Positions 10,204-18,728 of a stretch of 64,000 nt of DNA are shown piece after piece; position 1 is the first letter of the stretch; every line of letters begins with the position of its first letter. The notes beneath the pieces are model-generated. The model was not told the origin of the DNA, ran no database searches, and was given only the letters and a program-made list of their open reading frames with translations. Made by a program: the position numbers and the translations under genes. This DNA comes from a virus. The DNA lies in the IMG/VR virus record IMGVR_UViG_3300027728_000006, positions 1 through 64,000 of that record. One strand, 5' to 3'.

Positions 10204-11052
10204 TCAACAGGATTCTTTATGCAACTTGTCATCCAAGTGAGTTCTTATTTTAAAGATTTTTTGAGCATTTGGAGACAATTCTTCAAATTTTATTTTTTTA
10301 AAATTTGTTTTGTTCTTTGTTAGGGTGTCCCAAGGTTTGAGTTCGATGGTTCTTACGTCGAAATTATAACAAATCTTGAAAGCTTCCAGAATTGCTTCGT
10401 CTGTATTTTTTATATTAAAAATATTAAAAGATTTTAAAACGTCAATGGTTTCATCGTAGTGAGATTCGCTTAATTGTATGTCGTCGCTTACGTTTGCAAT
10501 ATTTCTGATCAGCCAACTGTCTTCCGCTTGCTCCGATAATAAATACTCTTCAAGGGTGTTGAATTCAATTGAGTGGTGAGTTTTTTCATGGATTGAAGAA
10601 TCCGACGTAATATAATTATAAAGCGATTGAGCCCTTGAAAAAGGATCTCTTGATATTATAAACTGGTACAAGTCATAATTCGAAAGTAAGTCTAGTATGC
10701 TTTTAGCGCATTTAAAGCCGCGAGATTTAATAATAACTCCAAATAAAAAAACATTTTCGAATAAATCTTTTGGTAGATTATTAATATCTATATCCCATTC
10801 TACGGTGGAATGTTTTTTATCAAACACTGTAAGAGATTCGCAATAATAATTTGGGTCTCCAACTAACAGTTGTGCTATCGTAAAGCCTGCCTTAGTAATG
10901 TATAAGCACTTTATAGTGTCCTGTCCTGGGAGGCGAATTTTAAGCCAATTTGTATATTTTCGCCTATAATAACGAAATGCAATCAACATCCAATCTGATA
11001 CATAAGTGCCGGCGTTTTTTGGTATGTGATAAAAAACTGGAATTTTATTCAT
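10204..11052 (-). CDS. Sulfotransferase family 2-like protein, paralog of 3241..4071
   Basis: IPVFYHIPKNAGTY, RDPFSRAQSLY, DSWLIRN and KKIKFEELS shared with the paralog. Confidence 0.8.
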   Translation of the reverse strand: MNKIPVFYHIPKNAGTYVSDWMLIAFRYYRRKYTNWLKIRLPGQDTIKCLYITKAGFTIAQLLVGDPNYYCESLTVFDKKHSTVEWDIDINNLPKDLFENVFLFGVIIKSRGFKCAKSILDLLSNYDLYQFIISRDPFSRAQSLYNYITSDSSIHEKTHHSIEFNTLEEYLLSEQAEDSWLIRNIANVSDDIQLSESHYDETIDVLKSFNIFNIKNTDEAILEAFKICYNFDVRTIELKPWDTLTKNKTNFKKIKFEELSPNAQKIFKIRTHLDDKLHKESC

Positions 11053-11133
11053 ATTTTTTTCTCTCTATTCTAACTTCTTTTATAAAAGAAGTAACGTTCG
11101 AGTTTTTATCGCTTTTTAATTTATAAAGGCTTT

Positions 11134-11364
11134 TCATCTTTCTCCCTTTGCTTTTTTCATTTTGTGTATGTTTTTATAATCTGCAGTACCGATAGTATCT
11201 GAATACTCAAACATTTGAACAACATAAGCATAAGCATCATAAAGACCTTCCGAATATCTCCTGTAATATTCGTCTCTCAGCATATCATTTTTCAGACCCT
11301 CATTTAAATCTTTATGATGGAGAGCCATATAATAAATGTTGTTTAAATGTTTTTTGTTAGTCAT
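11134..11364 (-). CDS. Hypothetical protein
   Basis: ORF track. Confidence 0.55.
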   Translation of the reverse strand: MTNKKHLNNIYYMALHHKDLNEGLKNDMLRDEYYRRYSEGLYDAYAYVVQMFEYSDTIGTADYKNIHKMKKAKGER

Positions 11365-11382
11365 GGAGATTTTTTATCATTT

Positions 11383-11583
11383 TTAAAGTTTAAATTGCTT
11401 ATCGTTTCCAAAATGTATTGAACAAAGAATATCTACACAACCATGAATTTCTCTCATTAAATCTGGATGTGGGTTACTATAGAAACTTTCTGGATAATCT
11501 GAACTTGTAGAAATAGAACGAACTGGTTCCAATGTTTCAGAGTCTTTTATCGTAATTTCAACAAAATATCTTTTTTCTTTCAT
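11383..11583 (-). CDS. Hypothetical protein
   Basis: ORF track. Confidence 0.55.
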   Translation of the reverse strand: MKEKRYFVEITIKDSETLEPVRSISTSSDYPESFYSNPHPDLMREIHGCVDILCSIHFGNDKQFKL

Positions 11584-11598
11584 GTAACCAATATAGAG

Positions 11599-11934
11599 TT
11601 ATTCGAAGGACAAGTCAAGCCAATTCGTATCTTCTGGTATTATTTCTACATTTACTCCAGCTTCTTTGGATTTGTTAATAATGTTTTGCAATACTCCACG
11701 TCCATACATATTAAATCCATAGGTATCTTTGTGGCACTTATAAACACTACCAGAATAACCTTCAAACAAATAGAAATCTTCTTCTTTTGTTACTTTTTTG
11801 ATTCCAGAATTCATTTTCCATGAATCGCCATTTAAATAACCTCCATACCAACAAGCAAATACTTTATAGGTCAAAGGAAATTCTCCTCCTTCGATTTTAA
11901 CTACTACCCATTTATCAGGTGTATATTTGTTCAT
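11599..11934 (-). CDS. Conserved phage hypothetical protein
   Basis: YTPDKWVVVKI...WYGGYLNGDSWKMNSGI...GYSGSVYKC, a pattern I recognise from large phages. Confidence 0.7.
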   Translation of the reverse strand: MNKYTPDKWVVVKIEGGEFPLTYKVFACWYGGYLNGDSWKMNSGIKKVTKEEDFYLFEGYSGSVYKCHKDTYGFNMYGRGVLQNIINKSKEAGVNVEIIPEDTNWLDLSFE

Positions 11935-11958
11935 AATTAAAAATAGTCTGGAATATTT

Positions 11959-12396
11959 CTAATAGCTTGATAAAGTACCCTCCACAAGCATTTTAATATC
12001 CTGCCCCCCAGCAATTTGTAATAGTACACCTAATTTCTCCGACAATTCTTGCAAACCTTCGACCACTTTGGCATTGGTTTTGAAATCGTAATCGCTGTAT
12101 TTTGGTTTTAAGTCATACAGCGCGGCATATTGCTCAGCCTCCTCTATTGTCTTCCAGGTGCCTTTTATCCTGCTTCCGGTTGCCCATACCTGAACTTCTT
12201 GATCGGGGTTTAAGGCTTGCAGATGAGCGCGGATTTGTAAATAAATTTGTTTTGTTTCCTCTTCAAGCTCTTTGAATGAGTTTGCCTTTGGTTTTTCGGA
12301 AAAATTAAATGGGAGAGAAATTTGATTGATCCAAGCTTCCTCGCCAATCAATTTTCTGACCTCTTTCGCGGAATATGCCTTGCCTACTTTTAACAT
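11959..12396 (-). CDS. Minimal nucleotidyltransferase-like protein (pol-beta superfamily)
   Basis: VWATGSRIKG...SDYD matches the GS...DxD motif. Confidence 0.6.
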   Translation of the reverse strand: MLKVGKAYSAKEVRKLIGEEAWINQISLPFNFSEKPKANSFKELEEETKQIYLQIRAHLQALNPDQEVQVWATGSRIKGTWKTIEEAEQYAALYDLKPKYSDYDFKTNAKVVEGLQELSEKLGVLLQIAGGQDIKMLVEGTLSSY

Positions 12397-12426
12397 TATT
12401 TTATAGAATTGAAATTATTCTCTATT

Positions 12427-12663
12427 TTAATCTAAATTAATAGTGTCAAACCAAGTTAGTTCTACTTCCTCGTCCGTTTCTTCAAGTATAACACCAGTCG
12501 AAGATGAGGCAACACTAATTTTCTTTACGGTATAAACTTGTCCAGATACTAGCTTCTTTGCATTCTCAATTCTATTTGTAAACCAATGGGGTCCAGCTTT
12601 TCTGAACTCAATCTTATCTCCAACTTTGGTGTTTTGGTATGTTGCGTAGTTTTTAGGCGTCAT
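12427..12663 (-). CDS. Hypothetical protein
   Basis: ORF with ATGA overlap to the upstream gene. Confidence 0.6.
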   Translation of the reverse strand: MTPKNYATYQNTKVGDKIEFRKAGPHWFTNRIENAKKLVSGQVYTVKKISVASSSTGVILEETDEEVELTWFDTINLD

Positions 12664-13034
12664 AGAAGTTTAGGGTGTTCGAATTTATTTCCAATTACTT
12701 TTATCTTCCAAGTATAAATAGAATCAGAAAGATCATGTAATAAACTATGTGTAAGTGTTCCTTCAGTGTCTTTAGTCTTAATCAAATAAGCCGCATCCTC
12801 ATAGTATATAATTGCAGTGTATTTTTTAGAATTTTTCTTTGTTAAAGGTCTTTCAAATTCGATAATATCCCCTTCCCAAATCTCTTTACCATTACAATCT
12901 TTTATGTCTGTATATTGAGAAGGAATAAGCATATCATCTCGTTCAAACAACTCATCGACATACCCGCTATATTTGTATTGTTCTACAAATGCTTTGCCTG
13001 GCGGATTCCAGAAACGAAACTTTATGGTTCTCAT
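12660..13034 (-). CDS. YopX family protein
   Basis: MRTIKFRFW...QYTDIKDCNGKEIWEGDII...VIGNKFEHPKLL. Confidence 0.9.
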   Translation of the reverse strand: MRTIKFRFWNPPGKAFVEQYKYSGYVDELFERDDMLIPSQYTDIKDCNGKEIWEGDIIEFERPLTKKNSKKYTAIIYYEDAAYLIKTKDTEGTLTHSLLHDLSDSIYTWKIKVIGNKFEHPKLL

Positions 13035-13046
13035 CTTTTTTATATA

Positions 13047-13310
13047 TTAATCTCCAATAAACACTCTACTCAAAGTTCTTAAAATATCTTTTTTAACTAC
13101 GGCTTTAGGGTTATAATAATCAATTATTTCAACTCTATCTGTTTTAGGCGTAGTATAGTCATCTAAAAAATCTTTTGCTCCGTTCAAACTTTCAAAATAA
13201 AAATCATAATGCACATTAGACCACCCAAACAATACTTTTTTTTGAGGATAATATTGCTCTTTATCGATTCTTTTTATTTTTTTTATCCTGTACATTCTTT
13301 TATTTTTCAT
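13047..13310 (-). CDS. Hypothetical protein
   Basis: ORF track. Confidence 0.6.
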   Translation of the reverse strand: MKNKRMYRIKKIKRIDKEQYYPQKKVLFGWSNVHYDFYFESLNGAKDFLDDYTTPKTDRVEIIDYYNPKAVVKKDILRTLSRVFIGD

Positions 13311-13492
13311 CTTGCTTCTATAAGAACTTTAATTTGTTCAGGTGTCCAGTTTTTTTCAATTGCTTCTTTAATAAGTTCTGCTCTTTTGTTTTTGTCTTCT
13401 CTTTCTAATTTAGACATATAGCAAAGAGTAAGCATAATACAACTAAACATAATTGCCATGAATACCAACGTTGGGTCAATTTTTTCTTTCAT
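13307..13492 (-). CDS. Small membrane-anchored protein
   Basis: N-terminal hydrophobic segment. Confidence 0.55.
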   Translation of the reverse strand: MKEKIDPTLVFMAIMFSCIMLTLCYMSKLEREDKNKRAELIKEAIEKNWTPEQIKVLIEAR

Positions 13493-13493
13493 G

Positions 13494-13760
13494 CTATTTA
13501 TTAATCAACTCTTCGTAGTTTTTATTCAAGGTTTCTAGATAATGCCCGAAATCATCGATTTTTTGATCATCGTTGCTCACATTATAAATGTAGTCAAAAA
13601 GAAAATCTTTCCCCTCTTCGGTGAGGTTTAATCCTTTTGACAGTCTTTCAAAGTAGTCATCTTGAACGTCTTTAAGCTTATCAAAGAAGCTCTTGACTTC
13701 GTGTATTGCATCTTCTGGATGTTTGCCTTCCGGCGTATATGGTTTTGTATAATCACTCAT
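13494..13760 (-). CDS. Hypothetical protein
   Basis: ORF track. Confidence 0.6.
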   Translation of the reverse strand: MSDYTKPYTPEGKHPEDAIHEVKSFFDKLKDVQDDYFERLSKGLNLTEEGKDFLFDYIYNVSNDDQKIDDFGHYLETLNKNYEELINK

Positions 13761-14035
13761 TTCTCTATTGTATAGGTTGTTTTTATTTTTACAAGCTCAA
13801 ATTCTAAAAAATTTTCATTTCCATAATTTGGAGTATTGTTGAAAGCGCTTGTTCTTAAAAACATTTCCAGATACCCCTTGCTATCACTAACAAGACAATC
13901 TTTAAAATCTACTAAGATAATACAAGAAACTATAACTTCAATTTCATCATTTCCAAACCATACCCATTTTTGAGTAGGTTTATGATAAACTGCATATTTA
14001 TATTCTGTGAATGTTTCGTTATTTTTCTTTTTCAT
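13757..14035 (-). CDS. Hypothetical protein
   Basis: Probable start at MKKKNNE. Confidence 0.55.
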   Translation of the reverse strand: MKKKNNETFTEYKYAVYHKPTQKWVWFGNDEIEVIVSCIILVDFKDCLVSDSKGYLEMFLRTSAFNNTPNYGNENFLEFELVKIKTTYTIEK

Positions 14036-14106
14036 TAAAGTAACAATAAGTTGCAAACAAAATACTCAATATAACCAAAACCCATGTTAAAATTAGCACA
14101 AACATA

Positions 14107-14364
14107 TTATTGCTTTTCCTTCCATCCCCATTTAAGATTAAACCAAACGTGTTCTTTTTCCATCATTTGTTTTGTAAATTTAAGATCCTTCTTTCCCTCG
14201 GCAACAAGCCATTTTTTAAACTCCTCTGATTGATCTTTTGTCCAGGTTTTTTTAGAGTACCAGTCCTCCTGCTCCGCAAGGTTTTTATCAAATTTTTCAA
14301 GCCCAACCATCTGAAACATTTTATCTAGCGCTTTTTTAAGAAATTTGTCGTATTTTTTATTCAT
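14107..14364 (-). CDS. Hypothetical Trp-rich phage protein
   Basis: WY...TWT...F..W...WF.L.WGW pattern. Confidence 0.6.
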   Translation of the reverse strand: MNKKYDKFLKKALDKMFQMVGLEKFDKNLAEQEDWYSKKTWTKDQSEEFKKWLVAEGKKDLKFTKQMMEKEHVWFNLKWGWKEKQ

Positions 14365-14434
14365 ATTGTTTTAATTTGTCGGGTTATTGAGTTAGGGTGA
14401 CTTAAGCATAGTTCTGGATTGTTTCTACGTTTTT

Positions 14435-15157
14435 TTAAGTGTAATATGTTTTATTTTTAGTATGTATTATTACGGCTTTTGGCTTCAAATTATGGTGAGT
14501 TAGTTCCATATCGTGAATATTACTGGAAATATTTAATATATACGGACAGTCTATATACTTATCTATCATTCCGAATGAAAATGAATACTGATGCATGGCA
14601 AAATCATAATTAGTTAGCTGTTGTTCTATTTCATTGGAAATAAAAATATAATTAATAAAATCAATAAAATCTTTGGTTCTATTATATAGCGCAACTCCGT
14701 TCATGTGAGCTTTCCTTTCTAGCTCATGTTCAGGGTCATTCATCCAGGGCATAAGCCCATAATACGCAGAGCCTATGATATACCAAGTTTTTCCAAGGTT
14801 AGATTCGAATTTTTTTATTTCTTCATCAAAATTTTTTAATAGAAAGCAATCGCATTCCAAAAGCAGAATTTTGTTAAATTCAGTTTTTTTATAGTTAATT
14901 AGAAAATGGAAAATTCTGGAAGTTGGATTGGCTGAATCCTCCTCGTCTATATGAACTATATCAATATTTGCTCCAGTTGGAGTCTGAAGCGTTTTAACTA
15001 TGTCAATTGATTGAAAATTGAGAAAAATAACAATTTTAGTATCTTTTTGTTTAAGATTGTCATAAATTCTAATTAGAAGTTTTTCGAGTTGTTTGTTTTC
15101 TATTTCATTGTGAAATGATTGAATGAAAATTGCGTCCATATTACATACCTTCAACAT
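14435..15157 (-). CDS. Putative GT-A-like glycosyltransferase
   Basis: LLLECDC (ExD), IIGS.Y, HMNGVALY, NYD, VIIHTK. Confidence 0.5.
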   Translation of the reverse strand: MLKVCNMDAIFIQSFHNEIENKQLEKLLIRIYDNLKQKDTKIVIFLNFQSIDIVKTLQTPTGANIDIVHIDEEDSANPTSRIFHFLINYKKTEFNKILLLECDCFLLKNFDEEIKKFESNLGKTWYIIGSAYYGLMPWMNDPEHELERKAHMNGVALYNRTKDFIDFINYIFISNEIEQQLTNYDFAMHQYSFSFGMIDKYIDCPYILNISSNIHDMELTHHNLKPKAVIIHTKNKTYYT

Positions 15158-15974
15158 AGGGGATGAGGTGCCTGCGATTGCAGGATTCGGATTTTATAGA
15201 TAAAAACTTTGTTACAGATTTTTCTTCACTAGAAATCAAAGAATCAATTTTTTCATTCAATGCTTCTAGTATATCTATAGATTCAGGGCTTAAATCTTTA
15301 AGCGTAGGCGTAGCTTTTAACTTGTATTTATCTGAAACTTCTTTTATAAGGAAAATTTCTTTTATTAAGTTTATATTTTCATTTTGTTCTGAGTTAATCT
15401 TTGATTTTAAATAGTCCATAAAAAGGGGATTTATTTGATCTGAAGTAGGCTGGAAAATATTCCCTATAGGGAAATTGATGCCAATTTTTTCACAAAGTAA
15501 ATTAAAAAAATCCTTTTCTAATGCTTTTTCGTAATATAGAAACGATATATTCTCCTTTCCGAAAACCTCTGTCAAGATTTCTGCGCCGTTGATAAAGTTT
15601 TCAATTTTAGTTTTAAAAAAATTTTGGAAAAAAGCTTCGGCTTTCGTAAATCTGAAATTTAATGGAATTTGATAAAAGCTGTTCATAAAGTCCTTCATGA
15701 GCAAAGATAATAAATTTTCTATTATTAGAGTAAACTTAAAAGTAAAGCCGGAAGATTCAAAAATTTCTTTAATTATAGAGGCATCTTTTCTGTTTAAGTT
15801 TTCTAGGAAACAAGACGTTAATAAGATATTTTTTTTATCTCCATTTCTCTTCAAAAGAGAATAAACAAATGATTCAAAATCTACCTCAGAGCTTTCTCCT
15901 TCTTTAACATTTCCAAATTTAATTAGTGGTTGTATATGTTTATTATATTTGTCTTTTGAAAAGAAAACACCCAA
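15141..15974 (-). CDS. Hypothetical protein, weak sulfotransferase-like resemblance; true start uncertain
   Basis: NILLTS, VFGKENISFLYYE; frame open well upstream of the TTG. Confidence 0.45.
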   Translation of the reverse strand: MGVFFSKDKYNKHIQPLIKFGNVKEGESSEVDFESFVYSLLKRNGDKKNILLTSCFLENLNRKDASIIKEIFESSGFTFKFTLIIENLLSLLMKDFMNSFYQIPLNFRFTKAEAFFQNFFKTKIENFINGAEILTEVFGKENISFLYYEKALEKDFFNLLCEKIGINFPIGNIFQPTSDQINPLFMDYLKSKINSEQNENINLIKEIFLIKEVSDKYKLKATPTLKDLSPESIDILEALNEKIDSLISSEEKSVTKFLSIKSESCNRRHLIPYVEGM

Positions 15975-16096
15975 TTTAGGTTTAGAAAAATTAAATAAAT
16001 TAATAAAATCTAATTGAGGATAATCCTCTTGAAGTTTTAATTCTGATTTTTTTAAAATAGAAAAAGTATTGTCAAATAAAGAGTAATTTGAAAATA

Positions 16097-16339
16097 TTAC
16101 AAATTTAATTTCTTTTTTTTTATTGATTTTGTTTTGTCCATTAATAAGTTTACTAGCATTCTTTCTACGTCAGAAAATAAAATTGCATTTTCTTTAATTT
16201 CTTCTTTTACCTTAAGAAAAAGGTAATCTAAAATTTTGTCAATTTCTTCATTAAACTGAGCTGAGGTCGGCTTCTCACTTGCTGGGATACTAAATCCAAC
16301 GGGTTTTGGAGCTTTATATTCTGCATTGTTGCTAATCAT
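16097..16339 (-). CDS. Hypothetical protein, partial paralog of 16386..16655
   Basis: ILDYLFLKVKEEIKENAILFSDV vs MLSYLFVKVKEGINRQTILLEDV. Confidence 0.55.
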   Translation of the reverse strand: MISNNAEYKAPKPVGFSIPASEKPTSAQFNEEIDKILDYLFLKVKEEIKENAILFSDVERMLVNLLMDKTKSIKKKKLNL

Positions 16340-16385
16340 AATGATATTATTATATATACATGTATATCAAAAGCAATAAAAATTT

Positions 16386-16655
16386 TTAAATATTCCAAGA
16401 TATAGTAGTGATAGAATCACCACATTGCTCACAAATATCTGGATCGTGTTCATAATCATCAGGTTGAAACAGTTTCACAACATCTTCAAGAAGAATTGTT
16501 TGACGGTTAATACCTTCCTTTACTTTAACAAAAAGATAACTTAACATTTCATCGTATTCTTGTTCAGAAACTTCGGAAAATTGTTTGTCATTCACTGTAA
16601 AATTAAATGCAGTACACCCTGTAGTTTCTATAAATTTGTATTTAGTAGTTTCCAT
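16386..16655 (-). CDS. Hypothetical protein with C-terminal CEQCGD
   Basis: GCTAF...CEQCGD. Confidence 0.65.
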   Translation of the reverse strand: METTKYKFIETTGCTAFNFTVNDKQFSEVSEQEYDEMLSYLFVKVKEGINRQTILLEDVVKLFQPDDYEHDPDICEQCGDSITTISWNI

Positions 16656-16789
16656 GTTTTTCTAGTATTTCTTTTTCTACAATTTCTTCAAGTTCTTTCA
16701 TATCCAAATGACTTTGTTTTCCAATATAATAACTGGAAACACAAGCAGATAGTATTAATAGAAGAATAACTGATAATAATAAAATTTTT

Positions 16790-17149
16790 TCAAGAATTTG
16801 CGTTATAATCTTCATACATTTTAATAGCATCTACTGTTTCGTTATATAGACTCTCTCCTACTATCGTGATTGGTTTGTCTTGTGTCACTGCATTTACATG
16901 TAGAACAACAGCGTAAAGTCTTCTTGCAATCTCTTCTAGTTTTTGGTTTAAAATTCCAACTGGTTCACAACAATAACAACACCCCTGAAAACCGTTTACA
17001 AAATTCTCTTTTTGTTTTTCTACAAGAATTTTACCGTATCTTTCAATTGCCTCGATTGTATAAGAATCTAATTTTTGTAAGCATCCATCAGCAGATAGAC
17101 CGCTTTCATAAAATGCATATTCTTCAATTTGTTTCTGATTCATCATCAT
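16790..17149 (-). CDS. Hypothetical protein
   Basis: Probable start near MMMNQ; contains GCCYCCEPVG. Confidence 0.55.
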   Translation of the reverse strand: MMMNQKQIEEYAFYESGLSADGCLQKLDSYTIEAIERYGKILVEKQKENFVNGFQGCCYCCEPVGILNQKLEEIARRLYAVVLHVNAVTQDKPITIVGESLYNETVDAIKMYEDYNANS

Positions 17150-17630
17150 CGTTTTTTTCTCCTTTAGCGTCTTTCTCTTTCCAATATGCTTCGGTTGATT
17201 CATTACAAGCTACATAGCCATCTTTCCTAGCTTGTTCATAGGAAAGAGTTCTATACCAACCACCTCGCTTACAAACTGTTCCGTCTTTGCCTGTAACTTC
17301 ACATGTATGAGCAGACCTTATTTCAGCTTCTGTGATAATATCATCAATAATAGCACTTTCAATACTATTTGCACCATAAGTACTTGTATAGAATGAAAGC
17401 GTTCCAAACTTCTCTTTGATGGTAGTAGCAATAACCTGCACTTCTCTATCGTCTGTTGAACAGAGGTCGCAGAAATATTGCAATTTCTCCATGCATTTAT
17501 CGAGAAGATTGTACCAGCCCGACTCTGTATCTATGCCCCACGCCATGCAAGTTTGCATCATATCGCCCTTATAATCCTTGAGAATTTTTGGATATTTTTC
17601 TACTAGCTTTAGCTCTAGTTCATGTTTCAT
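17124..17630 (-). CDS. Conserved phage hypothetical protein
   Basis: GW...IKEKFGTLSFY...TCEVTGK...GGWYRTL; start MKHELE sits just downstream of a promoter. Confidence 0.7.
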   Translation of the reverse strand: MKHELELKLVEKYPKILKDYKGDMMQTCMAWGIDTESGWYNLLDKCMEKLQYFCDLCSTDDREVQVIATTIKEKFGTLSFYTSTYGANSIESAIIDDIITEAEIRSAHTCEVTGKDGTVCKRGGWYRTLSYEQARKDGYVACNESTEAYWKEKDAKGEKNDDDESETN

Positions 17631-17637
17631 ATATCTA

Positions 17638-17665
17638 ATAATAATGTATTTTAAAGGAATGTCAA
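17638..17665 (-). promoter_or_regulatory. Sigma70-like promoter
   Basis: TTGACA-N16-TATTAT-N7-ATG. Confidence 0.6.
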
Positions 17666-17667
17666 GA

Positions 17668-17943
17668 CTATTCTTCCCAACACCAATTTTTATAATCCCA
17701 GTGCCGAGAATCATAAATTCTCAGCCCTGCTTCAAACCCTAAAAAATTTAAATTTACACTCAAACCACCATGATCTTTTCCAATTGGACAAAAATCTAAT
17801 TCAAATTGAAAAATGTTATACCCTGAATAAAATGTTTCAAATTCTAAGTTTTTATATTTAGAAAGTTGTTTGTAAAAAGAAAAATATTTTTCAAAATCTT
17901 TTCTTGGTTTGCAAAAATTTCTTAATGATAAATTAAAATACAT
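17668..17943 (-). CDS. Hypothetical protein
   Basis: DHGG...IYDSRHWD. Confidence 0.65.
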   Translation of the reverse strand: MYFNLSLRNFCKPRKDFEKYFSFYKQLSKYKNLEFETFYSGYNIFQFELDFCPIGKDHGGLSVNLNFLGFEAGLRIYDSRHWDYKNWCWEE

Positions 17944-17949
17944 TCATCT

Positions 17950-17977
17950 ATATTAGCTTATTTTATGAATATGTCAA
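17950..17977 (-). promoter_or_regulatory. Sigma70-like promoter
   Basis: TTGACA-N16-TAATAT-N6-ATG. Confidence 0.6.
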
Positions 17978-17978
17978 T

Positions 17979-18016
17979 AAAAAAACCCTATCTGAAGGCT
18001 TGAACTCCAGATAGGG
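17979..18016 (-). terminator. Intrinsic terminator
   Basis: CCCTATCTG...CAGATAGGG 9-bp stem followed by T7 on the minus strand. Confidence 0.8.
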
Positions 18017-18122
18017 AATATTATATTACCAGAGAATATTTTAGACGTTTACAAGTCTATCTTCAAATTGCTTAAAGTCAGGAAGATCTAGAACTACTTC
18101 GTCCAAAGTGAAGGTTTTGAGA

Positions 18123-18506
18123 TTATTTTAAAAATTCTGCGAAATAAACATCTCTATCTTCCGATCTAACTCTGACTGCCTCTTTTGCAATCTGTAGAGG
18201 ATTGTCTTTAAATGCACGAACTCTATAACTGCCCCAAAAATCATATGTCCAGAGTTTATTTTGTCCTTTTGGGTACATATAAGCAACTATTGCGTGACCC
18301 TTTGGTTTCTTAGTCTTCACATCAATCCATTCATACCTCAGAACTTCTGACCAAACGTCGTATTTTTGCAAGCCTTCTCGGAAAGCAATTGCTGTTGGAA
18401 GACAGGCATTTCGTTTGGTTTCCATCCAAGATTCTGTGTTCGTTGGAGTATTCACACAGGATGTAAAAATAATACAAGTTATTAACGATAAAAATGTTTT
18501 TTTCAT
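18123..18506 (-). CDS. Lipoprotein with possible Cys-His-Asp (transglutaminase/papain-like) triad
   Basis: Signal peptide with lipobox FTSC; NACLP, GHAIV, TYD. Confidence 0.55.
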   Translation of the reverse strand: MKKTFLSLITCIIFTSCVNTPTNTESWMETKRNACLPTAIAFREGLQKYDVWSEVLRYEWIDVKTKKPKGHAIVAYMYPKGQNKLWTYDFWGSYRVRAFKDNPLQIAKEAVRVRSEDRDVYFAEFLK

Positions 18507-18515
18507 ATTAGTTAC

Positions 18516-18728
18516 TTATCGATAAATTAACAATACTTTAGTTTTAAATAATTCTGCTTCTCTGCAATCGTCATACTCTCCGTAATACCATTCTCTCTTA
18601 AATGGACCACATACTTCTATTTGCTTTGTTCCTACTGGTAATGCATAACCCCCTTCGTATCCGTTAACAAGGATAAGGGTTTCTGGATCTAGTTTTTCTA
18701 GAATTTCAATTAGTTCTTTAGCTTTCAT
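18516..18728 (-). CDS. Conserved small phage protein
   Basis: MKAKELIEILEKLDP...GYEGG. Confidence 0.65.
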   Translation of the reverse strand: MKAKELIEILEKLDPETLILVNGYEGGYALPVGTKQIEVCGPFKREWYYGEYDDCREAELFKTKVLLIYR

